Positions 26,205 to 34,936 of a DNA stretch of 64,000 nt are shown piece after piece; the first letter of the stretch is position 1; every line of letters starts with the position of its first letter. Both the position numbers and the translations under genes were made by a program. The stretch is from a virus, in the IMG/VR virus record IMGVR_UViG_3300034073_004910, positions 30,403 to 94,402 of that record. One strand, 5' to 3'. The notes under the pieces were generated by a model. It saw nothing but the letters and a program-made list of their open reading frames with translations, made no database searches and was not told where the DNA came from.

Positions 26205-26390
26205 TTACCACACCAAGCGACGTACTTCCGAATCTAGCATCCATTCTTCAATGTAAACTGTTTCTACCATTTTACATTCATTATCGAGTTCAAGAGCCCG
26301 ACATTTCGCTTTTTCGAGGTCAGAATATACTGCTACCGTAACGCGACCGTTCTGCGTACTTTCAAGAACAATACCATACACTACATTCAT
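26205..26390 (-). CDS. Small protein (VYS..KA...VYIEEW family, paralog 1)
   Basis: paralogs at 27326 and 30522; GAAGGA RBS. Confidence 0.75.
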   Translation of the reverse strand: MNVVYGIVLESTQNGRVTVAVYSDLEKAKCRALELDNECKMVETVYIEEWMLDSEVRRLVW

Positions 26391-26589
26391 TTTCGCGTTC
26401 CTTCATTCGATGACAAGCATTCTAGCGGGTTTCATGCAGCCAGACTAGTGAAAGATTTTCATGGTGCCATGAGAAAAATTCGCTTGACAAGTATGGGATG
26501 GGGATGGTATAATTTCGGCGCCATATTGACAAGTAGCTTGTCAATCGCCGAGGCGCCAAATGCGAATGATTCGCATTCGCATTTGCCCG

Positions 26590-26844
26590 TTATTGGTAAA
26601 CAATCAACGCCAAAAGCGATGATTGTAAAAAGAACCCTATTCCGTTTGACGTTATATGCAAAAAGTCACGGTTGCCTATTGCGCGAATAAAATAAAGCGC
26701 CAGCCCAGCCCACACCATTAAGACTAATGAAATTTCAGGCAATTTAACATCCTGCCCGTTCAGTATTCCTATCGTAGTGGGAACCGTCGCGCCTTGAATA
26801 AATAGCATACCGAGCCATCCGCAAAATTCGCAAAGGTTTTTCAT
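26590..26844 (-). CDS. Three-TM membrane protein, PQ-loop/SemiSWEET-like
   Basis: three hydrophobic helices; ...ITSN.IG pattern in helix 3. Confidence 0.55.
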   Translation of the reverse strand: MKNLCEFCGWLGMLFIQGATVPTTIGILNGQDVKLPEISLVLMVWAGLALYFIRAIGNRDFLHITSNGIGFFLQSSLLALIVYQ

Positions 26845-27059
26845 TCCTTCACCTTGACTTCAGTAATGCTGCAAGTCAGAAAATGATCTGGAGTCGCTCC
26901 CCAGATATACCCGTTTTCAGAATGCCAAGTTATTGGGTCACCATCTAACATTTTGTGTATCGCTTTTTGCGCGGCCTTCACGCTAACGTAAAGCCCTGCA
27001 ATTGCACCGATTTCTTGGATATATACAACCGGATCTATGGTTAGCTTGTAAACGATCAT
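26841..27059 (-). CDS. Hypothetical protein
   Basis: GAAGGA RBS and own promoter. Confidence 0.65.
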   Translation of the reverse strand: MIVYKLTIDPVVYIQEIGAIAGLYVSVKAAQKAIHKMLDGDPITWHSENGYIWGATPDHFLTCSITEVKVKE

Positions 27060-27110
27060 TTTGCGTTCCTTCAGTTGAGAGAAGTATTCTAGCCCAGCGC
27101 GCGCTCGGTG

Positions 27111-27341
27111 TCAATCATTTTCTTCGGGCTTTTTCCAGTAGACTGCCAAGCGCTTGCAATTGAAGCGAATCGTGATTGATTCGTGCCCGTCGCGAATCGA
27201 AGTGTATCGCTTATAATTGGGACCAATGCTATCAACTTGAAAATCCCTGCCATTTTCCCAGTCTGCCAGCGCCTTAGCGGCTGAAGTGTAATCGCGACCA
27301 TACCCCGGAATTACTGTCATTTTATTTATTCCCTCGACCAA
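27111..27341 (-). CDS. Hypothetical protein (P.YGRDY.SA..ALADW..GRDF)
   Basis: recalled phage motif. Confidence 0.65.
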   Translation of the reverse strand: MVEGINKMTVIPGYGRDYTSAAKALADWENGRDFQVDSIGPNYKRYTSIRDGHESITIRFNCKRLAVYWKKPEEND

Positions 27342-27520
27342 ACTGTAACAGAAAATTCGCTATCCATCATCCATTCTTCAATATAAACGCTTTCTCCCAT
27401 TTCGCATTGGCTCAATAATTCTTCAGCGAGTTTCACCGCCTTATTATAATCGGAATAAACTCCGACCGTAGCATAGCTGTTGTCCGAAGGCTCGCCAAAT
27501 ACAACAGTGTATACATTCAT
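27326..27520 (-). CDS. Small protein (VYIEEW family, paralog 2)
   Basis: paralogy. Confidence 0.75.
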   Translation of the reverse strand: MNVYTVVFGEPSDNSYATVGVYSDYNKAVKLAEELLSQCEMGESVYIEEWMMDSEFSVTVWSRE

Positions 27521-27848
27521 TTTTACATCCCTCTATTCGATGACAAGCATTCTAGCGGGGTTCGTGCGAATAGACTAGTGAAATATTTTCATGATGCCAT
27601 GAGAAAAATTCGCTTGACAAGTAATGGATAGGGGTGATATAATTTTGGCGCCATATTGACAAGTAGCTTGACAATTCGCCCCGAGGCGGCAAATGCGAAT
27701 GATTCTCATTTGCATCGCTGCTCTTGTACCTCGCGCCTAACCAAATGCTTGACAATTGCGCGCTTAACATGCTTACCATGTTTAGCGGAATGCGTTCCTG
27801 CTCGCCCTGCTAAATGCGCGTTTTTAGCTACAAAATTTTGCGCTTTCA

Positions 27849-28295
27849 TTATACGTCCCTCGGGTGTATTGCGTTAATTCCCAGTATTTTAACAGTGTTT
27901 CTTACAGAATCATTATCTTCATAAAATACATTAGAAACGCGGTGAAAGTCTACATTTAATCCTGACAGTAAGTCATATTTTAGAAGTGCATCGGGCCGAT
28001 TATCGTTCTCACCTTCGCGGGACAATACGCGATCAAAGTGTAACCCATGAGTACGCAAAAAGGTAAAGTCTGCCATCTGCAATACTCGCGCAGTACAAAT
28101 TACGACAATATTACCAGCATTCCAAACGTCACGCCAAACGTTAGCGAGCGGTAAAAGTTTATCTTGCATAATCTTTTCGGGCGTAGAATTTGCTCGCCAT
28201 CCGGCAAGGCAAAAGCTACCGTCCGCATTCGCAACAGAACGATGGCTTGAATCTATGACCGTTCCATCTAAATCGAAAATGTTATATCTTGGCAT
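27849..28295 (-). CDS. HAD-superfamily phosphatase
   Basis: IFDLDGT, CTAR, K and YEDN motifs. Confidence 0.85.
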   Translation of the reverse strand: MPRYNIFDLDGTVIDSSHRSVANADGSFCLAGWRANSTPEKIMQDKLLPLANVWRDVWNAGNIVVICTARVLQMADFTFLRTHGLHFDRVLSREGENDNRPDALLKYDLLSGLNVDFHRVSNVFYEDNDSVRNTVKILGINAIHPRDV

Positions 28296-28664
28296 TTTCT
28301 TAAACCCCGTAAACGTGTGCGCTGGCAACAATGATTGCAAAAAGAACGACTCTGCTAAGAGCGGAAGTGAGTACTAATTCTGCGAGCTTTTTCATTCGTT
28401 CCGTTTCCTGATTCAATGGGAGTATTCTACCGGGTCCGAGCAAAAAGTACAAGAACTCTTTTTCATATCGCTGGCCGTTTTCATGCGAAAAAATTCCTTG
28501 ACAAAACCCATGCGGTTATCGTAAAATCGGCGCGGCTATTGACAAGTAGCTTGTCAATTCGCCGAGGCGGCAAATGCGAATGATTCTCATTTGCATTTGC
28601 CGAGCAACGTTATAACATACCATTGAGCGGGTAAATGAAGGGGCGCTCATCGCGCCCCGATCAT

Positions 28665-28985
28665 CTATCGAGCAATCGCTTCCAGCAACCGCTCGAGTGA
28701 CACCTTACTTGCCTTTTCCAGCCCATCCAGACTGTTAGTGGCCAGATTCAATGCTTGCTCAATTCGGTCTACCGTGACTTCCTTGGAAGCAACTGGCTTT
28801 CCATCCTTGCGAACCCGTTCGAGTTTCTGGTAGGGAATTCCTTCCCGAATCGCTTTTGCGATGATGCTCTTGACTTTCGCATCAAACTGCTCTGCAAGGC
28901 TCTCTACCTTTTCAAGGTTCAGAGGCGCTGCATCGCGCATCGCGGTCAGAAGGGTCGGGTTAAACGTGCTAGCTTTCTCTGCCAT
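28665..28985 (-). CDS. T5 A2-like DNA-binding protein (paralog 4)
   Basis: three residue differences from 24231..24551. Confidence 0.7.
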   Translation of the reverse strand: MAEKASTFNPTLLTAMRDAAPLNLEKVESLAEQFDAKVKSIIAKAIREGIPYQKLERVRKDGKPVASKEVTVDRIEQALNLATNSLDGLEKASKVSLERLLEAIAR

Positions 28986-29213
28986 TTTGGCTTTCTCCTT
29001 TGGCTCGCTGGCCTATCCAGCGAATGAGAGTATTCTACAGGGCCTGAGCAAAAAGTACAAGACCTTTTTTTCATATCGCTGGCCGTTTTCATGCAAAAAA
29101 ATTCCTTGACAAGCGCAGCGCGCTTATGATAAAATCGGCGCGCCCATTGTCAAGTAGCTTGACAATTCGCGCCGAGGCTACAAATGCGAAGATTTTTCAC
29201 TTGCAAACCAGGC

Positions 29214-29390
29214 CCAGGCCTGGCATTGAAATTTCACTTGCAAATTCGCCCCAGGCCTGGCATTGAAATTTCACTTGCAAACCAAACCCAGGCCTGGCAT
29301 TGAAATTTCACTTGCAAATTCGCCCCAGGCCTGGCATTGAAATTTCACTTGCAAATTCGCCCCGGGCCTGGCATTGAAATTTCACTTGCA
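29214..29390. repeat. Five tandem 37-bp repeats containing palindromes CCAGGCCTGG and TGAAATTTCA
   Basis: units at 29214, 29251, 29288, 29325, 29362. Confidence 0.9.
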
Positions 29391-29394
29391 TAGG

Positions 29395-29565
29395 TTTCTA
29401 ACTTGCATAGATTTCTAACTTGCATAGATTTCTAACTTGCATGTGCAGGTTTCTTGCCTTTCCCCTCGATGGGCAGGTAGCTTGCAGGTGAGCCCGCCGA
29501 TGGGCAGGTAGCTTGCAGGTGAGCCCGCCGATGGGCAGGTAGCTTGCAGGTGAGCCCGCCGATGC
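29395..29565. repeat. Three 17-bp (TTTCTAACTTGCATAGA) then three 31-bp (GATGGGCAGGTAGCTTGCAGGTGAGCCCGCC) tandem repeats
   Basis: direct reading. Confidence 0.9.
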
Positions 29566-29806
29566 GCAAGAGACTTGCCTTTGCCCGCCCGATGGGCAGG
29601 CAAGTTGACGAATTCCATGAGATGCGCAGAAAACTTGCATTTTCGGCGCGGTTGGCACGTTTCTTGCACATGAGTCAAAGCTGGCATGAATTTTGCATGT
29701 ACTCCACAATTGGCATGATTCTTGCAGATTCGGCGCGGTCCGCAAGATGCTTGCACAATTCCGACAAATGCGAGTAATTCGCATTTGTCGGAATTATAAG
29801 CGATTA

Positions 29807-30151
29807 TTAAGTAGTCGCTTTATGTTCTTCTAGCATACGCGCGAACAATGCGCGCTTATTATTAATAATCGCTTCGGCTTTTATTAGAATATCGAGTTCT
29901 TCTGCCGTTAACTCAATCGGATCAAGTTTCGGCAATCCTTCTGTAGCGTTCTTTTTATTATTGCAGTCATGGCAAAGGCATTGTAACCATTCAGGATCAT
30001 TTAAATCGATACCCATTGCAAGCAACGTTTTGCGTGGATAAACATGATCAATTTCAAGATTAGAACCACTACCGCAAGCTGCGCAGCGATAGTTATATGC
30101 TGCAAATACTTGCGCGCGCAGTCTCATTTCAACCTTGCTAAACTTTGCCAT
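29807..30151 (-). CDS. HNH endonuclease
   Basis: CAACG...LEIDHVYP...LQCLCHDCN; GGAG RBS; start MAKFS. Confidence 0.85.
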   Translation of the reverse strand: MAKFSKVEMRLRAQVFAAYNYRCAACGSGSNLEIDHVYPRKTLLAMGIDLNDPEWLQCLCHDCNNKKNATEGLPKLDPIELTAEELDILIKAEAIINNKRALFARMLEEHKATT

Positions 30152-30259
30152 CTCGTCTCTCCAGTACCGTTGCTCTATGGTTCCCATTATACAGGCATCC
30201 TCGAGCATGGCAATAGGCGAGTTAGACCTTTTTTTCATATCGCTGAGCTTTCTTATGCG

Positions 30260-30515
30260 AAAAAAATCCTTGACACGCTCTGGCGTGGTAAGGTAAAATC
30301 GGCGCGCCCATTGTGAAGTAGACTGACAATCATTCAGCGGCCTACATGAAAAAAATTCGCTTGACAAGTATAGGATAGGTGAGGTATAATTTTGGCGCCA
30401 TATTGGCAAGTAGACTGACAATCATTCACCGGCCTACATAAAAAAATTCGCTTGACACGCTCTGGCGTGGTAGGGTATAATCGGCGCGCCCAAATGAGAG
30501 GTATTCTCATTTGGG
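30260..30515 (+). repeat. Three tandem ~91-bp units, each with a TTGACA-N18-TA(T/A)AAT promoter-like site
   Basis: -35 hexamers at 30270, 30361, 30452. Confidence 0.85.
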
Positions 30516-30521
30516 TTACCG

Positions 30522-30710
30522 TTACTCCTCGCTTCGCCACACGACCGAGGAGGCATTTGAATTCAACAACCATTCCTCCACAAACACAAGTTCGCCAGTC
30601 TCATGTGCGAGTCGCTCGGCCTCTTGCACGGCAGCCTCGAGCGTGCTATAGATTGCTTCCAGCGAGTCAGCTTCATGATCGACTGCGGTCCCGACTACGT
30701 ATACTTGCAT
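30522..30710 (-). CDS. Small protein (VYIEEW family, paralog 3)
   Basis: paralogy; GAGG RBS. Confidence 0.7.
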   Translation of the reverse strand: MQVYVVGTAVDHEADSLEAIYSTLEAAVQEAERLAHETGELVFVEEWLLNSNASSVVWRSEE

Positions 30711-30798
30711 TTTCGCGTTCCTCTGTTTCCTGATTCAATGAGAGTATTCTACACGGTCTGCCGAGAGAGTACAAGACTTTTTTGTAACAGAATGTAAC

Positions 30799-30992
30799 GT
30801 GCGTCGACTTGTTACCGTGCGTCGACTTGTTACCGTGCGTCGACTTGTTACCAGCCCGGGGCGGTTCCGAGACTGTCAAGTAGCTTGACGCTCAGGCTAC
30901 CCCGCACGTACAACTTTTGGAATTTTTCAAAAATTGAAAATTAAAGCAATCTGCCCAAGCAATTTGCCCAAGTAATTTGCCCAAGCAATTTA
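30799..30992. repeat. Three 18-bp (GTGCGTCGACTTGTTACC) and three 13-bp (TGCCCAAGCAATT) repeats near the presumed genome end
   Basis: direct reading. Confidence 0.8.
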
Positions 30993-31027
30993 CTCTTCAA
31001 AAATTTTTACCATCAAAAAAATAATGT

Positions 31028-31056
31028 TTGACATTTCGTTTCGTAGCAACTATAAT
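31028..31056 (+). promoter_or_regulatory. Late promoter TTGACA-N17-TATAAT
   Basis: perfect consensus; ATG follows 7 nt after the -10, so the mRNA is probably leaderless. Confidence 0.8.
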
Positions 31057-31063
31057 AGTCGTC

Positions 31064-31510
31064 ATGAATTTGGTAAAAATTTCTCCTGAAAGTCTTGAAA
31101 TTGCAAATGCATATTTGCAAAATGGCAGCATTGCTAGTGTTGCAAAGGCGCTCGCACTTCCAGAAAATGAGGTGACAGAAATTCTCTCTCGCCGAGAAGT
31201 AAAAGCGTATCTAGATTCCATTTATCTAGATCACGGCTATCGAAATAGATTCAAGTTAGCAGAGACTCTCGATCTTCTCATAGACGAAAAACTTCGTGAA
31301 GCAGAAAGTACCGAGATGTACACTAACAAGGACTTAGCCGATCTGTTACACCTAGCTCATAAGATGCGTATGGATGAAATTAAAGCAATGACCGAACTTG
31401 AGAAAGCTCGAGCAACGCCGATTAAAAATCAAACCAACGTTCAGATTAATGAGACTCCATTTGGTGCTGGCAACTACGGCAAGTTAATGGAAAAACTTTT
31501 GCAATCATGA
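31064..31510 (+). CDS. terS: Terminase small subunit (T5-like)
   Basis: ISPE.LEIANAYL..G...GYRNRF..GNYGKLM; position upstream of terL. Confidence 0.85.
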   Translation: MNLVKISPESLEIANAYLQNGSIASVAKALALPENEVTEILSRREVKAYLDSIYLDHGYRNRFKLAETLDLLIDEKLREAESTEMYTNKDLADLLHLAHKMRMDEIKAMTELEKARATPIKNQTNVQINETPFGAGNYGKLMEKLLQS

Positions 31511-31794
31511 AAGAATTTCTAGCAGAACTCGGCATGAACGCCGGTCTCATTGTCGCGGGTCTGTTTGGCTCGCTTTTAACTTTGCGGGGGGATGCCGCGA
31601 AGAGGCTTGGAAGTGTTATGGTAAGTTTAGGAACAGGAGTAGGGTCCGCAAACTATTTAACTCCAGTAGTTATTGATCTACTGGGCGTTCAAAGTCGAAA
31701 TCTCGAGTTTGGAATAGCTTTTATACTAGGCTATTTGGGGCTAAATGGCATTGATTTTCTAGCTCGACGACTTTTTGAGAGCAAAAAACCATGA
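31507..31794 (+). CDS. Holin-like membrane protein
   Basis: three hydrophobic segments, basic C-terminus. Confidence 0.55.
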   Translation: MKEFLAELGMNAGLIVAGLFGSLLTLRGDAAKRLGSVMVSLGTGVGSANYLTPVVIDLLGVQSRNLEFGIAFILGYLGLNGIDFLARRLFESKKP

Positions 31795-32030
31795 TCGAAA
31801 GCGCACTTTGTCTATCCATGATATTTTTTTACGTTTCATTGCTGAATGATAAAAAAATTTGCTCTTGGTCGAAGCCGAAAGTGTGGATATTGCGTTCACT
31901 TTTTGCAGGCAGCATTGCTTCCGTAGCTTGGAGTGTATTTTACGAAACAGAATTACCCTATCTATTTCTTACTGCAATTTTTGGTTGGGGCTTTTATTAC
32001 CATCGGTATACGTTAAATGGAAATCAGTAG
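31791..32030 (+). CDS. Small membrane protein
   Basis: hydrophobic, coupled ORF. Confidence 0.55.
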   Translation: MIESALCLSMIFFYVSLLNDKKICSWSKPKVWILRSLFAGSIASVAWSVFYETELPYLFLTAIFGWGFYYHRYTLNGNQ

Positions 32031-33300
32031 ATCAGATATACAGTGCGAGTACGTTGAAGAATGTAAAACTTTCATTAAACTTCCAATTGTACCGTATCTT
32101 GAACTTCTAAACATAAATCCCATTCCATCTCAAATTGCAATTATCAATGCGATACAGAAATATCGCTTTGTGGTCGCCGCAGTTTCTCGAAGACAGGGTA
32201 AAACTTTCATCGCAAATGTCATCGGACAACTGGTTACACTAGTACCCGGGTGTAATGTGCTCATCATGGCACCCAACTACAATCTTTCTCAAATTTCTTT
32301 TGATCTACAAAGATCGCTGATAGATCATTTCAGCATTGAAGTTGAGCGAGACAACGCGAAAGATCGTGTAATTGAGCTTGTAAATCGTTCTACCATTCGC
32401 ATGGGCTCGGTAAATCAAGTCGATTCGGCAGTAGGACGCTCTTACGATCTCATTATTTTTGACGAAGCCGCTCTTGCAGACGGTGAAAATGCTTTTAACG
32501 TTGCTTTGAGACCTACGCTGGACAAACCGAACGCACGCGCGATCTTTATTTCAACTCCTCGAGGTAAAAATAACTGGTTTAGCCGCTTCTGGGCTCGGGG
32601 TTTCTCGGATGAGTACCCTCAGTGGGCTTCGATTCGCGCAACTTGGAAAGACAATCCTCGAGAAAACAAGGAAAACATTGAAGAAGCGCGTAAAACCATG
32701 TCAGCCGCAGAGTTTTCGCAGGAATATTTAGCAGACTTCAATGTTTTCGAAGGACAAGTGTGGAGATTTGATGGCGAACATTGTGTTGCCAATCTGGATG
32801 AGCTTAACATTTCCGGTATGGACATTATTGCAGGGCTGGACTGGGGCTTTCGTGACCCTACAGCCATGTGCATAGTTGCGTATGACTGGGACAAAGAAAT
32901 TTATTATCTACTCGACGAGTACTTACATGCCGAGCGAACTACTGAACAGCACGCTTTTGAAATTCAAAAGCTTTTGGACCGTTGGAATCCAGACTTTATT
33001 TTTATCGACTCTTCGGCTCAGCAAGTTCGATTTGATCTAGCACAAAATTACAACATTGCAACTACCAATGCGGAAAAAGATGTTTTAAGTGGTATTGGGC
33101 ATGTGGCGGGTATTGTAGACAACAATCGTTTAATCGTATCTCGAGATTGTAAAAATACACTTGCTGCTCTAGACGCCTATCAATGGGACGACAATCCAAA
33201 TTTGTTGAAGGAAAAGCCGAAGCATAACTATGCTAGTCACATGGCTGACGCGTTGCGATACGCTCTTTATAGTTTTAAAACTTCGTCCACGATATTTTAG
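32017..33300 (+). CDS. terL: Terminase large subunit
   Basis: SRRQGKT Walker A, IIFDEAA Walker B, ISTPRG, GLDWGF, SHMADALRY. Confidence 0.95.
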   Translation: MEISRSDIQCEYVEECKTFIKLPIVPYLELLNINPIPSQIAIINAIQKYRFVVAAVSRRQGKTFIANVIGQLVTLVPGCNVLIMAPNYNLSQISFDLQRSLIDHFSIEVERDNAKDRVIELVNRSTIRMGSVNQVDSAVGRSYDLIIFDEAALADGENAFNVALRPTLDKPNARAIFISTPRGKNNWFSRFWARGFSDEYPQWASIRATWKDNPRENKENIEEARKTMSAAEFSQEYLADFNVFEGQVWRFDGEHCVANLDELNISGMDIIAGLDWGFRDPTAMCIVAYDWDKEIYYLLDEYLHAERTTEQHAFEIQKLLDRWNPDFIFIDSSAQQVRFDLAQNYNIATTNAEKDVLSGIGHVAGIVDNNRLIVSRDCKNTLAALDAYQWDDNPNLLKEKPKHNYASHMADALRYALYSFKTSSTIF

Positions 33301-33320
33301 TACATAAAAAAATTTAGTAG

Positions 33321-33349
33321 TTGACACTTACGCCATCATTCTCTATAAT
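33321..33349 (+). promoter_or_regulatory. Late promoter TTGACA-N17-TATAAT
   Basis: perfect consensus with upstream A-tract and TAGTAG. Confidence 0.8.
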
Positions 33350-33363
33350 GTGAAAATCGAAAT

Positions 33364-33732
33364 ATGACAAAACCAGTTCGAGATTTAGTAAAATATGTTC
33401 GAGACAAAGCAAAAGCAAGGTACAATCGAGGAAACAAGTGTTTCGTCTGTGAATCATCAGATAATTTAGACTTTCATCACTTCTACAGTCTAACTGAGTT
33501 GTTGAATGTGTGGTTGCGAAAAAATCGCATCACCGTAAAAACAGAAGAAGAAATTTTAAATGTTCGAGATTTATTCATAGAAACGCATACACGAGAACTT
33601 TATGACGAGGCTGTTACGCTTTGCCACTCACATCATTTACAATTACATTCGGTCTATGGAAAAAATCCTGGGCTCGGAACCGCTGAAAAACAAAAGCGAT
33701 GGCTGGAAAAATTAAGAAATGGCATGGTATAA
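33364..33732 (+). CDS. HNH-type nicking endonuclease (T5-like)
   Basis: CFVC...LDFHH...TLCH.HH..LH; T5-like position between terL and portal. Confidence 0.8.
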   Translation: MTKPVRDLVKYVRDKAKARYNRGNKCFVCESSDNLDFHHFYSLTELLNVWLRKNRITVKTEEEILNVRDLFIETHTRELYDEAVTLCHSHHLQLHSVYGKNPGLGTAEKQKRWLEKLRNGMV

Positions 33733-34936
33733 CTTTCGCAAAACAGAGAAGTTGAATCCAGCACAGCCGAGTATCGCTTTATCGGAAGGCAGCGTTATTG
33801 AATCTCGAGAGATTGTAACAAATTATCGAATTCAATATGAAAATTTAGAAGTTGTAAATCGAGCAGTAAACATGCTCGTAGACGACATTGCAGAAATTAG
33901 CATTGCTGTCAATGAGCGTTTAACAGGAATCGTACCAGCCGCACGCCCAACCGTGGAAACGGGTGCGGTAGTTCCGGTTTTTCGACAAAAGCAAGTTTAC
34001 AATCTTTTAAATTTACAGCCCAATCCTTATCAAGATATTAATAGTTTTCGTCGCAATCTTTTTGTTGACTATCTTATCGACGGAAACATCTTTGTATACT
34101 TTGATGGCGTGTATTTGTATCATCTGCCCGCCAATCTGGTAGAAATTATACCAGACAAAAAGAACTATATTGCAGGCTACACCTATGATGGTCTGCTCGA
34201 TTTTAAGCCGTGGGAAATCATTCACGTTAAAGAAAATTCGTTTTATTCGATTTATCGTGGAGTTTCTCGCTTACGCCCAGCTTATCGCACTATGCAGCTT
34301 CTTTCGAAGATGCGTAAATTTCAGGACAACTTCTTCGACAACGGAGCAGTACCTGGACTAGTCATTAAAAGTCCTAGCACTTTAAGCGATAAAGTAAAAG
34401 AGCGTATGTTGCAGTCGTGGCAAACTCGCTATCGGCCCGACGGCGGAGGCCGCCGTCCGATTATTTTAGACGGTGGACTTGAAATTGATAGCATTAGCAA
34501 TATCAACTTCAAAGAAATGGATTTTCAGTCTTCCGTCAATTCGATTGAAAATATTATATTGAAAGCAATTGGAGTTCCTCCATTGCTTTTGGACTCGGGC
34601 AACAATGCAAACATTCGTCCGAATCATCGACTGTATTATCTGGAAACTGTAATTCCAATTCTTCGAAAGTATATGTTTGCTTTTGAAAGATTTTTCGGTT
34701 ACAATCTCACAGAGGATGCATCGAATATTCCAGCATTGCAACCGGAGTTGAGCGAACAAGCGCGTTACTATTCTACTTTAGTAAACAGTGGTATTATAAC
34801 GCCAAACGAAGCTCGACTGAAACTGGGCAAGCCTGCACTTGAAGGATTGGATGAAATTCGAATTCCTCAAAATATTGCAGGCTCCTCTGTGAATCCCGCC
34901 GTAGGCGGGCGGCCCAGTGAAGAGGAGCGAGCGTGA
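33719..34936 (+). CDS. Portal protein (HK97/T5 type)
   Basis: LNLQPNPYQ, NFFDNGAVPG, IGVPP.LL, GIITPNEAR. Confidence 0.95.
   Translation: MAWYNFRKTEKLNPAQPSIALSEGSVIESREIVTNYRIQYENLEVVNRAVNMLVDDIAEISIAVNERLTGIVPAARPTVETGAVVPVFRQKQVYNLLNLQPNPYQDINSFRRNLFVDYLIDGNIFVYFDGVYLYHLPANLVEIIPDKKNYIAGYTYDGLLDFKPWEIIHVKENSFYSIYRGVSRLRPAYRTMQLLSKMRKFQDNFFDNGAVPGLVIKSPSTLSDKVKERMLQSWQTRYRPDGGGRRPIILDGGLEIDSISNINFKEMDFQSSVNSIENIILKAIGVPPLLLDSGNNANIRPNHRLYYLETVIPILRKYMFAFERFFGYNLTEDASNIPALQPELSEQARYYSTLVNSGIITPNEARLKLGKPALEGLDEIRIPQNIAGSSVNPAVGGRPSEEERA

Larger units (their letters stand above)
23350..31000. other. Probable pre-early / terminal-repeat (first-step-transfer-like) region; boundaries approximate
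   Basis: lies between early genes and terminase as in a circularised T5-like genome; low coding density, palindromes, repeats, A2-like genes. Confidence 0.6.

Noticed and set aside
29214-29390. 37-bp periodic palindromic repeats as a CRISPR array
   Set aside because: Only ~7 variable bases between units, no unique spacers and no cas genes in the window.
29398-29784. Repetitive ORFs over the 17/31-bp tandem repeats
   Set aside because: Unit lengths are not multiples of three, so they are not coding repeats.
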